Source: an uncultured bacterium
Lineage (GTDB): Bacteria > Zixibacteria > MSB-5A5 > UBA10806
Reading direction: 5' to 3'
DNA length: 64,000 nt
Assembly: GCA_965541585.1 (NCBI GenBank)
Contig: CBEUCH010000007.1
Location: 96,001 to 160,000, forward strand
Below the pieces are notes generated by a model, which searched no databases, was not told the origin of the DNA, and was given only the letters and a program-made list of their open reading frames with translations. Shown here one piece after another: positions 17,412 through 27,502 of this stretch (within the stretch, counting starts at the first letter, position 1; every line of letters starts with the position of its first letter). A program made the translations under genes and the position numbers.

Positions 17412-18629
17412 ATGAAAATCCTGGTTATATCACAATACTACCCTCCGGAACCGGGGGCAACATCGAATCGACTTGAAGCCTTTGTTCAGGCAATGATTAA
17501 CAGGGGCCACGAGGTTACTGTTATTTGCGAGTTTCCCAATCATCCAACAGGTCGCCTTTCACCTGATGATAGATGGCGCCTTTTCAGGGTTGAAAATGAA
17601 GACACTCATAAGATCATAAGAACCTTCGTGTTGACCTTTACAAAAAAGAACAATATTAAAAGAATGCTTTTTTATTTATCTTTTGCGCTGTCATCGTTCC
17701 TGGTGGGTATGTTCCTCAAGCGTCGCGATATTGTCTTCGCTTCTTCCCCTCCAATATTCCACGTATATGCTGCAATGCTGGTTGCCATCATGAAACGTTC
17801 TAAATTTGTTCTTGACGTTCGCGATATTTGGCCTGATGCAGCCCAGGAATTTAAAGCAGTTTCCGATAATCGACTATTAAGGTTGGGCGGATATATAGAA
17901 AGAAAATTATATCGAAAAGCGCATCTTATTTTCACAGTGTCAAGGGGTCTTAGAACAAAGATAAGCAAAAGAGGAGGCCATGCAAAAGTAAAAGTGATTT
18001 ACAACGGTTCGAATCTTGATATGCTACAATGGAAGGGGAATATAGAATCTATAAGAAACTCGTTCGGATGGTCGGAAAAACTCATTGTATGTTATGCTGG
18101 CCTCATCGGATTAGGACAGGATTTAATCAGTTTACTACCAGAGATAGCAGAGTTGCCTTCAGGAAAGATTCATTTTGTGTTTATAGGGGACGGTCCAGGG
18201 AAAGAGCCTTTTGATAGGGAAGCGAAGAGGCTAAGAATCCAGAATATCTCGATTATGGATCTTCTGCCGAGGAACCAAGTTATTCCTTATACACATGCAG
18301 TCGATATAATGATGGTAGTGTTAAGAGAATCGAAATTTTTTAGAAGCGCTATACCTTCGAAATTTTTTGATTGTCTCGCTGCGGGAAAGCCGGTCGTCAC
18401 CAATGTGGATGGGGAACTTAGGGAGCTTATGGAAGACAGCAATTCTGGCCTATATTTTACGCTCAACGAGAAAGGATCATTCGCCGGAGCGATAGAATTG
18501 CTGGCTGGAAATCCCCAGTTGCGCGATACAATGGGCAAAAATGGTAAAGAGCTCGTAGCCGATCAGTTCATCAGATTGGATCTTTCGGATACGGCGGTGA
18601 AGATAATCGAAGGCAGTTCTCAATGTTAG
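17412..18629 (+). CDS. Glycosyltransferase family 4 (WbuB-like)
   Basis: MKILVISQYYPPE, FPNHP.G, SSPP, DVRDIWPD, YAG.IG..Q, PSK.F..LAAGKPV. Confidence 0.9.
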   Translation: MKILVISQYYPPEPGATSNRLEAFVQAMINRGHEVTVICEFPNHPTGRLSPDDRWRLFRVENEDTHKIIRTFVLTFTKKNNIKRMLFYLSFALSSFLVGMFLKRRDIVFASSPPIFHVYAAMLVAIMKRSKFVLDVRDIWPDAAQEFKAVSDNRLLRLGGYIERKLYRKAHLIFTVSRGLRTKISKRGGHAKVKVIYNGSNLDMLQWKGNIESIRNSFGWSEKLIVCYAGLIGLGQDLISLLPEIAELPSGKIHFVFIGDGPGKEPFDREAKRLRIQNISIMDLLPRNQVIPYTHAVDIMMVVLRESKFFRSAIPSKFFDCLAAGKPVVTNVDGELRELMEDSNSGLYFTLNEKGSFAGAIELLAGNPQLRDTMGKNGKELVADQFIRLDLSDTAVKIIEGSSQC

Positions 18630-18705
18630 TTCTTGTTATTGCAATGCTGAGGATTTTTCGCTCGAGATCTTCTTTTCTTTCCATGGTGACGAAAGATTTG
18701 AAAGC

Positions 18706-19482
18706 ATGCTGAAAATACTTATTCTTACCACCAACGATCAGGTTTTCCTGCCGCATTTTTTTGATAGAGTGTTTTCGAAGATCGGAATTGAGATTGTGGG
18801 TCTCGCTATAGTAAGTGATCCAAACCTCAGAAGGTTCTTGTTGAAGAGCTTGAAATTTATGGGCATTCTGCAGTTCGCCGGGGAAGTCTCCCGGCAGCTC
18901 AAAATCAGGATAATGGATCTCTTATATACGGTGTTTGCACAATCGAAAAGATCCTCTATAAAAGCGGTTTGCCAAAAATACGACGTTCCCTGCATCTCAG
19001 TCGATAAAGTGAATTCGAGACATTTCCGAAAAACTTTGAAGGACGCAGAAGTTGATCTCCTGGTTTCGGTCGCCTGCCCGCAGATCCTGAAAAAGAAACT
19101 CCTGGATTTACCCTCAAAAGGTTGCATAAACATCCATTATGGATTGCTACCTCATTATAGAGGGTTATACCCATCATTCTGGGTTCTGGCCAATGGTGAA
19201 AAAGAGACGGGGGTTTCGGTTCACTACATGGTTGAGAAGATCGATGCGGGCGATATTCTAGCACAGATAAAAGAGAAAATCGCACCCGATGATACTTTTT
19301 ATTCTCTTGTGAGAAGGTTGAAGACCACGATAGGTCCTGATGCATTACTCCTGGCCGTTGAAAGCATCAGGGAAGATCGAATATCTGTAATCCCGAGTGA
19401 TCCTGATAAGGGATCCTATTTTGCATTTCCAACCAGGAAAGCTATGGCGCGGTTAAGAAAAAACGGTCGAAAGTGGCGGTAA
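18706..19482 (+). CDS. Formyltransferase family protein (probably sugar N-formylation)
   Basis: CINIHYGLLPHYRG, ETGVSVH, IDAGDIL; lacks the C-terminal Fmt domain; next to a glycosyltransferase. Confidence 0.82.
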   Translation: MLKILILTTNDQVFLPHFFDRVFSKIGIEIVGLAIVSDPNLRRFLLKSLKFMGILQFAGEVSRQLKIRIMDLLYTVFAQSKRSSIKAVCQKYDVPCISVDKVNSRHFRKTLKDAEVDLLVSVACPQILKKKLLDLPSKGCINIHYGLLPHYRGLYPSFWVLANGEKETGVSVHYMVEKIDAGDILAQIKEKIAPDDTFYSLVRRLKTTIGPDALLLAVESIREDRISVIPSDPDKGSYFAFPTRKAMARLRKNGRKWR

Positions 19483-19595
19483 TGAAATTGACTCGGCCGC
19501 GATTTCGAATCTACCTGCATATATATTACAAACTTTGAATTCAATTGCTCCGATCCATCATATCTACTATACTTTATCGATTAGAGGATTGTGGA

Positions 19596-20249
19596 ATGGA
19601 AAGTAAAAGGAACCCGGGGGCAATAGATTATTTTAATAGACGAATTCAGGATTATGACGATATTTACTGTGATGACAAATCCTGGTTTACGTTATTTCTG
19701 AATAAAACCATTCGGGCTTCGGTAAGACGCAGGTTCTATTTTGCTTTCGAAACGCTCGGGGATTTGAACGGAAAATCTGTACTGGATGTTGGCTGCGGGT
19801 CCGGGCGTTACATGTTTGAATCGATCAGGAAAGGGGCAGCACGAGTTGTCGGGATCGACGCGGCTAAGGGAGCGCTGGCCATGGCCGGCAGAATGGCCTC
19901 GGATCACGGAGTCGAGGATCAGGTCGATTTCATCGAAACCGATTTCATGGATTTTGATACGGATAAGAAATTCGATCTAATCTTTGCAGTTGGATACTTC
20001 GATTATATTTTTGATCCGGCAAGACATATGAAAAAAATGATAATGCTATCGGACGGGATAATTTACGCCTCATTTCCCAAATTGTGGTCCCCTTTGTCTG
20101 CCATCAGGAAAATCAGATTGACTCTCAATCGCTGCCCGGTCCGTTACTATACAAAGGGCCGCATCAAGAGAATCATGCGCGAGGCTGATATTACCAATTA
20201 TGAAATCAGGACCATCTTTAGAGATAATATTCTCATAGTCCGCAAATAA
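19596..20249 (+). CDS. Class I SAM-dependent methyltransferase
   Basis: VLDVGCGSG, VVGID, FDLIFAVGYFDY; ATG 19596 after GAGGA. Confidence 0.88.
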   Translation: MESKRNPGAIDYFNRRIQDYDDIYCDDKSWFTLFLNKTIRASVRRRFYFAFETLGDLNGKSVLDVGCGSGRYMFESIRKGAARVVGIDAAKGALAMAGRMASDHGVEDQVDFIETDFMDFDTDKKFDLIFAVGYFDYIFDPARHMKKMIMLSDGIIYASFPKLWSPLSAIRKIRLTLNRCPVRYYTKGRIKRIMREADITNYEIRTIFRDNILIVRK

Positions 20250-20440
20250 CCTCTGCAACCGGGGTTCATTCAGCGGATCGGGAATCTGGCCGCAATCAAG
20301 AAGTGGCTCGTTATAAGGCCTCAATTTCGGCGGGGGCAGACGGCACTGCCAGCGATAGAAACGGAAAGCTTAGAATTGTGTATCTTTTTTTTCAAAAATG
20401 GATATATTTATTACAGGATACTGTATTATTGGGAGGCACA

Positions 20441-21907
20441 ATGGGTTGGATCAGCCGGATATTACCGATCGTAGGCACAATACTCCTGACATTTTCAATG
20501 GCCCACGCTCAATTTGAAGGAGCCGTCTGGGACACGCTTACAGCGGATACTCTAAGAGACGCATTGAGCAGGCAACCGTTGGCGGCCACCCCCGGAGGCC
20601 TTCATCTGACACATGCCAAAAGCCGGGGTATAGGCAATGGCTGGTCTATTCATTACCGCTTCTTCGACATCGCAGGCGGCTGGAGCGATGATATTATTGT
20701 GGAGTCCGATCTGCCGGCATTCTCGCCGTCGATTGCGGCAAGAGAATTCGATGCTTTCAAGATCGCCATATTCTTCGATGCTTACGGCGATATTTACGGC
20801 AGTATTGCCCATTCGCCATGGGATTCGTGGGATCCTGTCAATCTCACCGATTCGCCCGCCCCTGATCTCGAGCCGACCGTGGCCGTCGATAATGAAGGTT
20901 CGGTGCACGTCGCCTGGATCACTGAAATTGATGGAGAGTACGAGATTGCCTACGGGAAAATGGAAGACGATACTCTGGTCATGGAGATAATCTATGAGTC
21001 GGAGCCCGGCCCGTATGGATCGGGAGCCGCCCCGAAGATAATCACGGTGGATAACCTCCCACAAGTATTCTACAGGGGTGTTAATTCAGGATCTTATCAT
21101 ATTCATCATGCTTTCAGGGAATCGCCGGGCGCACCCTGGGAGATCGGGTTCCTCTATTCCGGTAACACCGACGATTACACCTCATCGGCGGCTGCGGATG
21201 AACTCGGAGATATCCACCTGGCGATTTCCGGCAACGAGGGTTGGGGAATGCCCGGGAGAATTTACTATACGCGGCAGGATAACCAGTCCGGACAATGGAC
21301 GCCTGCCGAGCGGGCCTCGGGCTCATATTCTGTAGTCGAGGGTAGCATTGGGATTACGGATGAGGAATCTGTTTTTATCGTCAGCGCCGGGATATCCGGG
21401 AATTTTTATACTGGCGATATATACCTCTCGAGCGGTATCGATGGCTCGTTTCAGACGGAATTTCTGACTCATTATGAGGACTGCACCGGGCCTTCGATCG
21501 CATTTCTGCCGGGATCTGTCGGGGCTTTAGCGCTGCAAGGGATAATCGGCGAATATAACTCGAATAATATGGAAATTATCAGTTACAGGCCGGAAAGAAC
21601 CAACACCGCGGATAGTGATCTTATGCCTCGCGGTCTCACGGCCGGTTTGAATTATCCAAATCCATTTAATTCAAACACCATTATTATTGCGAGCGGGGAG
21701 TTCTCGGAAAGCACGCCCCTGGAGATTTTTGATCTTCTGGGACGAAAGGTGAGAATGCTTCGAAACTTTGACGGGGACGAGAATTATATCACTTACCGCT
21801 GGGACGGTCTTGACGACAATGGCAGGGTCTGTTCAAACGGGATATATATCTATTTCATTGAGACTCGAAGCTCCTCACTCTCAGGGAAGATGACGCTCCT
21901 GAAGTAG
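20441..21907 (+). CDS. Secreted beta-propeller-like protein with T9SS/FlgD-type C-terminal domain
   Basis: GGAGG RBS and signal peptide at 20441; repeated G..H(V/L)A blades; NYPNPFN..T...IFDLLGRKVR...WDG...GIY..KMTLLK. Confidence 0.8.
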   Translation: MGWISRILPIVGTILLTFSMAHAQFEGAVWDTLTADTLRDALSRQPLAATPGGLHLTHAKSRGIGNGWSIHYRFFDIAGGWSDDIIVESDLPAFSPSIAAREFDAFKIAIFFDAYGDIYGSIAHSPWDSWDPVNLTDSPAPDLEPTVAVDNEGSVHVAWITEIDGEYEIAYGKMEDDTLVMEIIYESEPGPYGSGAAPKIITVDNLPQVFYRGVNSGSYHIHHAFRESPGAPWEIGFLYSGNTDDYTSSAAADELGDIHLAISGNEGWGMPGRIYYTRQDNQSGQWTPAERASGSYSVVEGSIGITDEESVFIVSAGISGNFYTGDIYLSSGIDGSFQTEFLTHYEDCTGPSIAFLPGSVGALALQGIIGEYNSNNMEIISYRPERTNTADSDLMPRGLTAGLNYPNPFNSNTIIIASGEFSESTPLEIFDLLGRKVRMLRNFDGDENYITYRWDGLDDNGRVCSNGIYIYFIETRSSSLSGKMTLLK

Positions 21908-22015
21908 CAGATAGATGGAGGGCATCTTACGGTATGGGGCCGGCGAACTATAAGGCCGGCAAATCAGTTTATTATGATAGAGGGAGTTAAATAAACTTAA
22001 GGTCGGGCACGAGAA

Positions 22016-23011
22016 ATGGCGGAAAAAGAAGATACGATAAAAAAAATAGCCCGGTTCTACCTCTTTTTCGGGCCTAACAACTATAGATTGGACGAAAAAA
22101 TATCGTCGCTTATCAAGGCGGTTATTCCCGCCGGCGCGAAGGCGTTCGACCTGGATAGGTTTGATGGGAAGCGTTGCGACGTTGCGGACCTGCTGAACAG
22201 CCTCTCGACACCTCCTGTCATGAGCCCTTTAAGAGTTGTGGTTTTGAATGACGTGGACCGAATGCCTTCAAAAAAACAAACCGTATTATGCGAATTCCTT
22301 CCCGGGATCCCTGAATATTCTGTCCTGGCCATGACCGCCGCCAAGGCAGACAAAAGATCAAAACTGTTTAAAAAGCTCCTTGCTGAAAAAAAGAAACATT
22401 CATTCGAATATGGGGTACTTACAGAGACCGAGGCTCTGGGATTGATTGCAAAGTTCGCTGCCGATCGGGATAAGATCATAGGATCCCGGATCGCGGAAAC
22501 GATGATCGGGCTTTTTGGAACCGATCCTTATCGACTCGAAAACGAGGTAGAGAAACTGGCGTTGTCAGTAGGTGATAAAAGGGAGATCGAAAAGAAAGAC
22601 TTAGCTTTTATGTCGGGATTTACGAAAGCGGAAACCGCTTACGATCTCCTCGAATTGACTTTCGGAGGACAGATAAAGGAAGCTTTGGAGCTTTGCGGCA
22701 GGGCGCTGGCATCCGGAATGAGCGAAATGCAGATCCTATATATGTTTAAGACTCATCTGGCAGGGCTGAACGCGGCCTATAACTCCAAGGAAATCAAGAC
22801 CTTGATGTCGACCTACAGGATTCCTTATCCGGTCGCCAGGCGATTTCAGGCGGAGTCGAGAAAGATGCGACCGGAGGCGATCCTGAATGGCTTGAGCCAC
22901 ATATTCAGGGCTGAATATTCGCTAAAATCCGCCAGATTTCCGTCCGGTTATATTATCGAGCTTTTGGTTGAATCTTTATATCTGGCGGTGGCCGGGAATA
23001 AAGTTAAATGA
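22016..23011 (+). CDS. holA: DNA polymerase III delta subunit
   Basis: YLFFG, T.P.MS..RVVVL, DKRSKLFK, LENEVEKL; length typical of HolA. Confidence 0.85.
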   Translation: MAEKEDTIKKIARFYLFFGPNNYRLDEKISSLIKAVIPAGAKAFDLDRFDGKRCDVADLLNSLSTPPVMSPLRVVVLNDVDRMPSKKQTVLCEFLPGIPEYSVLAMTAAKADKRSKLFKKLLAEKKKHSFEYGVLTETEALGLIAKFAADRDKIIGSRIAETMIGLFGTDPYRLENEVEKLALSVGDKREIEKKDLAFMSGFTKAETAYDLLELTFGGQIKEALELCGRALASGMSEMQILYMFKTHLAGLNAAYNSKEIKTLMSTYRIPYPVARRFQAESRKMRPEAILNGLSHIFRAEYSLKSARFPSGYIIELLVESLYLAVAGNKVK

Positions 23012-23040
23012 TGACTGTATAACTCTTGAGGGAAAGACCA

Positions 23041-23640
23041 GTGATGAGAAAAGGCGCCGGAGAGCGCGAAGACCAGATTTTGATCGGCAAGGTTCTCGAA
23101 GGTGATACGAGGGCATTCGAGAGACTGGTAGAAAAGTATAAAAAACGGATCTACTATCTCGCTTATAGAATGACCCGCGATCATGACAGCGCCGATGAAT
23201 TAGCACAGGAGAGTTTCGTGAAGGCTTATCAGGCGATGTCGGGATTTAAACCGGGCCATAGCTTTTACACCTGGATCTACCGGATCTGTGTCAACCTCTC
23301 CATTAACTTCATCAAACGGGAGAAGCAGAATGTCTCGGCAGATTTTCTGCGTGATTCGGGAATCGCCATTGACCGTAGTAGTGAATCGAATCAGCTTGAA
23401 CGTATGATAGCCTCAGAGCAGGCTGCCATCGTCAAGGAAGCGCTGAACGGACTTCCCGCGGATCAAAAGGCGGTATTTATACTTAAAACTTATGACGATA
23501 TGTCTTATGAACAGATGGCGGAGGTCATGGATTGCTCCATGGGCACAGTGATGTCGCGGCTTTTTCGCGCACGTCACAAGCTCAGAAAAGCGCTTGAAAT
23601 GACTGAGTCCGAAAAGGATTTTGACGATGAGAGAATGTAG
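23041..23640 (+). CDS. ECF RNA polymerase sigma factor (RpoE-like)
   Basis: AFERLVEKY, ADELAQESF.KAY, FYTWIYRI..N, SYEQMAEVM....GTVMSRLFRAR; start uncertain (23026/23041/23044). Confidence 0.92.
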   Translation: MMRKGAGEREDQILIGKVLEGDTRAFERLVEKYKKRIYYLAYRMTRDHDSADELAQESFVKAYQAMSGFKPGHSFYTWIYRICVNLSINFIKREKQNVSADFLRDSGIAIDRSSESNQLERMIASEQAAIVKEALNGLPADQKAVFILKTYDDMSYEQMAEVMDCSMGTVMSRLFRARHKLRKALEMTESEKDFDDERM

Positions 23641-24613
23641 ATATAAAAAGAGACTTCAAATATATCTCGATGGCTGGATGGACGATAAGGAGGCCAGACG
23701 CCTCGAGGTGCATCTCAAGCGGTGTTCCGATTGCCAGACCGAGATGGTCGAGTTGGAGGAAGTCGCGTCGGCGGCTCTGGAGATAGTGGATCAGGCGCCC
23801 GATTTCAATTACTGGAAAAATTTCCCCGCCCGCGTTCTTAACCGTATTATTTCCAGAGACGTAAGCCCTTATGAGCAGAAGCAGAAGCCGGCGAGAAGCC
23901 TTCGGCTGAAGATCGGGTCATATACCGTGGCGATCACGGCGCTGGCGGCCGCTACATTGCTTATCTTTAATTACGCGAGCTGGTCGCCTGATGTCCCCGA
24001 CGCCGGGGTTCGAGATGTAGTGGGAGTCGCCGACCAGATTGCCGAAACGGAGTTAGCAGAGCCGACAATATTTACCGCAGAGGAGTCTGATAGACCGACT
24101 GTTAATGATGAATCGAAGAGCATATCTGCCGGGCAGCCAGGCTTGCCGGTGGATGAAAAGCCATTGCCGAATATGGTGCTGAACTCCGTAGTGGGTAACG
24201 AGATAGAGGAAAAACCCACCCTGCCTTCGCAGGCCGAATTGGCGTCGCAATCTGATTATGATCTCAGTGCGGTTTTCCGGAGACCGGCCTTATTTGGACG
24301 AGCGTCATTGAAGCTTGATGACGATTATAATTTTCTCGACAGACTGATGACCGCTTATAGCGGGAGGGTGGCCAACAGCTATAGTATCAGTCCAGCAGTA
24401 TTGGCCGAGCGGATTCTTTCGGGCTATACCTTTCGAGATATCAACAGGATGGATAATGGTATTTACGGGCCACTGGATATCGGGCCGTTCCCCGGTTTGA
24501 ACGGCGACCGTTTGTCATCGGGATGGGGATATTTGAGTCTCCCGGACGATACGTCAAATACTGAAGAGCTGCGGAAATATCTGATTGAACTCGAATTGAT
24601 GCAGGCTAAATGA
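23627..24613 (+). CDS. Zinc-finger (zf-HC2) transmembrane anti-sigma factor
   Basis: YLDG....EARRLEVHLKRCSDC, a single TM helix, overlaps the sigma gene. Confidence 0.8.
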   Translation: MRECRYKKRLQIYLDGWMDDKEARRLEVHLKRCSDCQTEMVELEEVASAALEIVDQAPDFNYWKNFPARVLNRIISRDVSPYEQKQKPARSLRLKIGSYTVAITALAAATLLIFNYASWSPDVPDAGVRDVVGVADQIAETELAEPTIFTAEESDRPTVNDESKSISAGQPGLPVDEKPLPNMVLNSVVGNEIEEKPTLPSQAELASQSDYDLSAVFRRPALFGRASLKLDDDYNFLDRLMTAYSGRVANSYSISPAVLAERILSGYTFRDINRMDNGIYGPLDIGPFPGLNGDRLSSGWGYLSLPDDTSNTEELRKYLIELELMQAK

Positions 24614-24693
24614 TTTCAGCTGTTTTTCCGATTTTTGTTTGATAAAGAACCCATAAAAATATATATTAACCGCTTGTCATATTTGGAAGGACT

Positions 24694-25878
24694 TTGATCT
24701 TTCGTATGTGGGTAATAGTCGTCTTACTTTTAATTCTGGTTGTCTACGGTTTCTGGGAGTTCCGCAGTCACCAGTTTCATTTGAATCAAATTCCGATGAG
24801 GATTCATATCAACGGGACTCGCGGGAAATCGTCGGTGGCGAGGTTCATAGCGGCCGGGCTAAGCGGCGACGGTCGAAAGGTATTTGCCAAAACAACCGGA
24901 ACTAAGGCGCGGATGATTTTTGTTGATGGCAATGAAGTTCCTGTATTACGAGTGGGGAGGGCAAACATCATTGAGCAGACCAGGATCGTAGCCAGGGCCG
25001 CGAAGCAGGAACCGGATTATTTGGTGACCGAATGTATGGGGGTGCAGCCGCACTTGCAGGAATTACTGGAACGACAATTCATTAGATCCCATATAGGCAT
25101 CATAACAAATGTCCGGGCGGATCATCTCGATAACATGGGGCCAACTTTGAGAGAAGTGGCGCATTCCATGTCAAATACCATACCGCCCAACGGCTTGTTG
25201 TTTACTGCGGAAGACAAATACCTGGATATCCTCTCGGAGCGAGCGAAGGCGGTAGGGGCTGAGGTTATCACAGTCAACGACGCCGAGATCACAGATGAGG
25301 AAATGCGGGGATTTTCTTACCTGGCTCATAAGGAAAACGTCGCCATCGCCCTGTCGGTTGTCCAGCATCTTGGCGTCGATAGGGAGAAAGCCTTAAAAAG
25401 CATGCATCATGCTTCGCCCGATCCAGGAGTTGTAAGGCGTTATGAGATCGAGATTCATGACAAGAGAATAGAATTTGTTAGCGCCTTTGCGGCCAACGAT
25501 CCCGACAGCCTGCTTGCTATCTGGGATCTGTTAAAGATCCACCATGAGCCGGGAAAGACTCTGATAGTGTTGGTGAATTCCAGGAAAGACCGTATCCAGA
25601 GGGCCGAACAACTTGGCGAATTCATTACATCTCATCTGGATGCGGATTATTATGTAATTACCGGCGAATATACCCGGCCGTTAATGGCCAGAGCTATCGT
25701 CTGCGGGATGCCGCATAACAAGATCGAGGATCTCGGCGGCAGGTCTCTGGAGGCGATCTTCAATAGCGTTGTCAGTCTGGCCTCGGAAAAAACCCTGGTT
25801 TTCGGCATCGGCAACATGGTTGGATTCGGCGAGGAGATCGTGGAGTATTTTATGGAAAGGGGACGGGAGATTGTCTGA
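24694..25878 (+). CDS. pgsB: Poly-gamma-glutamate synthase PgsB/CapB
   Basis: RIHINGTRGKSSV, AKTTGT, ANIIEQ, ECMGVQP, ITNVRADHLD.MG, FAANDP.S, GIGN. Confidence 0.95.
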   Translation: MIFRMWVIVVLLLILVVYGFWEFRSHQFHLNQIPMRIHINGTRGKSSVARFIAAGLSGDGRKVFAKTTGTKARMIFVDGNEVPVLRVGRANIIEQTRIVARAAKQEPDYLVTECMGVQPHLQELLERQFIRSHIGIITNVRADHLDNMGPTLREVAHSMSNTIPPNGLLFTAEDKYLDILSERAKAVGAEVITVNDAEITDEEMRGFSYLAHKENVAIALSVVQHLGVDREKALKSMHHASPDPGVVRRYEIEIHDKRIEFVSAFAANDPDSLLAIWDLLKIHHEPGKTLIVLVNSRKDRIQRAEQLGEFITSHLDADYYVITGEYTRPLMARAIVCGMPHNKIEDLGGRSLEAIFNSVVSLASEKTLVFGIGNMVGFGEEIVEYFMERGREIV

Positions 25879-26335
25879 AATATTGATGATGCAATCGGTA
25901 GGGCTCGGCCTGGTGGTCAGTCTGGTATTTTCAGAAACGCTCGGCCTTGCTGCCGGAGGTATGGTCGTCCCGGGATATATGGCGCTGATGATTCATGATC
26001 CCGGCCGGATCGTGGGTACTGTCCTGGTAAGCCTGTTAACATATTATTTTATCAGGCTGCTTTCCAATTACATGTTTATTTATGGCCGGCGTCGCACAGT
26101 CGTTATCATAATAGTGGGATTCCTTTTCGGCTGGCTTTCGAGAGAATTTCTCATGATCGGGCTCCCGGATGGTCAGACGCTGGAGTTTCAGGCGATAGGA
26201 TATATTATTCCCGGTCTTATAGCCAACTGGATGGAGAGGCAGGGAGTCCTGGAAACGATCACCACCATGATCGTAGCGGCAGTGGTTGTCAGGTTGCTTC
26301 TGATGATATTTATGGGAGGCAGGGTATTGGCATGA
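25871..26335 (+). CDS. pgsC: Poly-gamma-glutamate biosynthesis protein PgsC/CapC
   Basis: GLVVSL.FSE..GLAAGGMVVPGY.AL, IYGRRR, IGYIIPGLIAN...RQG; TTG start overlapping the pgsB stop. Confidence 0.93.
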   Translation: MSEILMMQSVGLGLVVSLVFSETLGLAAGGMVVPGYMALMIHDPGRIVGTVLVSLLTYYFIRLLSNYMFIYGRRRTVVIIIVGFLFGWLSREFLMIGLPDGQTLEFQAIGYIIPGLIANWMERQGVLETITTMIVAAVVVRLLLMIFMGGRVLA

Positions 26336-27501
26336 GACCGCGCGGTCGCAACCCGTCAAAACGGCTGCTGATAGCCGTGGCTTTGTTTTCGATTTTGATG
26401 TTCTATCTGGCCGAGGGCACAAAGCAGCAGAAACAGGCGCCATATTGGGATCTCAAAAACCGGGTCGCCAATCTCGATCAGAGGGCCCAGGATTTAATAC
26501 GTCAGAAAATCGAAGATCTCGGTATCCCGATCGATTTCGAGAACGATCCGAATGGGACAGGACTGATAGGTGAGCAGTATACACTGATTACTACAGACCG
26601 TGGCGAGTTGAGGAGCAAATTGATAGCCACCAACCCTAATTTCGGTGCGGCGATGGTTGCGATGTTCAAAAAGAGCAATCTAAAGCGGGGAGATCTGATA
26701 GCCGTCAGCATAACCGGCTCTTTCCCCGGAGCAAATATTGCCCTCTACAGCGCCTGCGAGGTCATGGGCATCGAACCGATCGTGATAACCTCTCTGGGAG
26801 CGTCCAACTGGGGGGCCAACCATCCCGACTTCACCTGGCTCGACATGGAACGGACTCTATACGAGGCGAAATTGATCTCCTTCCGTTCAGTTGCCTCCTC
26901 GCTTGGTGGCGGTACCGATAACGGCCGCGGGCTTTCGATTCAGGGTCGCCGGCTGCTTCTGGACGCGATAACGCGCAACGATATCGAATTGATTTTCAGC
27001 GGTAACATAGAAAACATCATGGAGGCAAAAGGTTCACTCAAAAGCAATATTAACAGGCGAATGGAGATATATACCGAGAAGAGCAAAGGGCGTCGATACG
27101 CGGCTTATGTCAATATTGGCGGCGGGCTGGCATCGCTGGGTTCGTCGCAGAACGGAAGACTCATCCCATCCGGAGTCAATTTCGATCTCCACCGCAGGAA
27201 TTTTCCAGCGCGCGGCGTTATTAACATGATGGCTGAAAGAAAAATCCCCGTCATTCATTTGTTGCGTCTGGGTGAAATCGCCAGCGAGTACGGTCTTCCG
27301 ATTGATGTCGTTCCCGCACCGATTGTTGGTGAAGGGCCTATCTTCTATCGCGATGAGTATTCGCTGTCCTCTACGATAATTTATGCTGGAATTTTGATCG
27401 TGTTCGTAGTCGCTGCGATCAGAATTGATATTAAATACTATCTAAAAAAGCAAACCCAAATACTGTTTCCTCCGCGGAGGAACGATGATCCGGAGCTGTG
27501 A
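26332..27501 (+). CDS. pgsW: Poly-gamma-glutamate system protein PgsW
   Basis: DPN.TGLIG....ITT..G.L.SK..ATNPNF, GSFPGAN, GAS.WGAN.P, YVNIGG; follows pgsBC with an ATGA overlap. Confidence 0.88.
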   Translation: MRPRGRNPSKRLLIAVALFSILMFYLAEGTKQQKQAPYWDLKNRVANLDQRAQDLIRQKIEDLGIPIDFENDPNGTGLIGEQYTLITTDRGELRSKLIATNPNFGAAMVAMFKKSNLKRGDLIAVSITGSFPGANIALYSACEVMGIEPIVITSLGASNWGANHPDFTWLDMERTLYEAKLISFRSVASSLGGGTDNGRGLSIQGRRLLLDAITRNDIELIFSGNIENIMEAKGSLKSNINRRMEIYTEKSKGRRYAAYVNIGGGLASLGSSQNGRLIPSGVNFDLHRRNFPARGVINMMAERKIPVIHLLRLGEIASEYGLPIDVVPAPIVGEGPIFYRDEYSLSSTIIYAGILIVFVVAAIRIDIKYYLKKQTQILFPPRRNDDPEL

Positions 27502-27502
27502 G

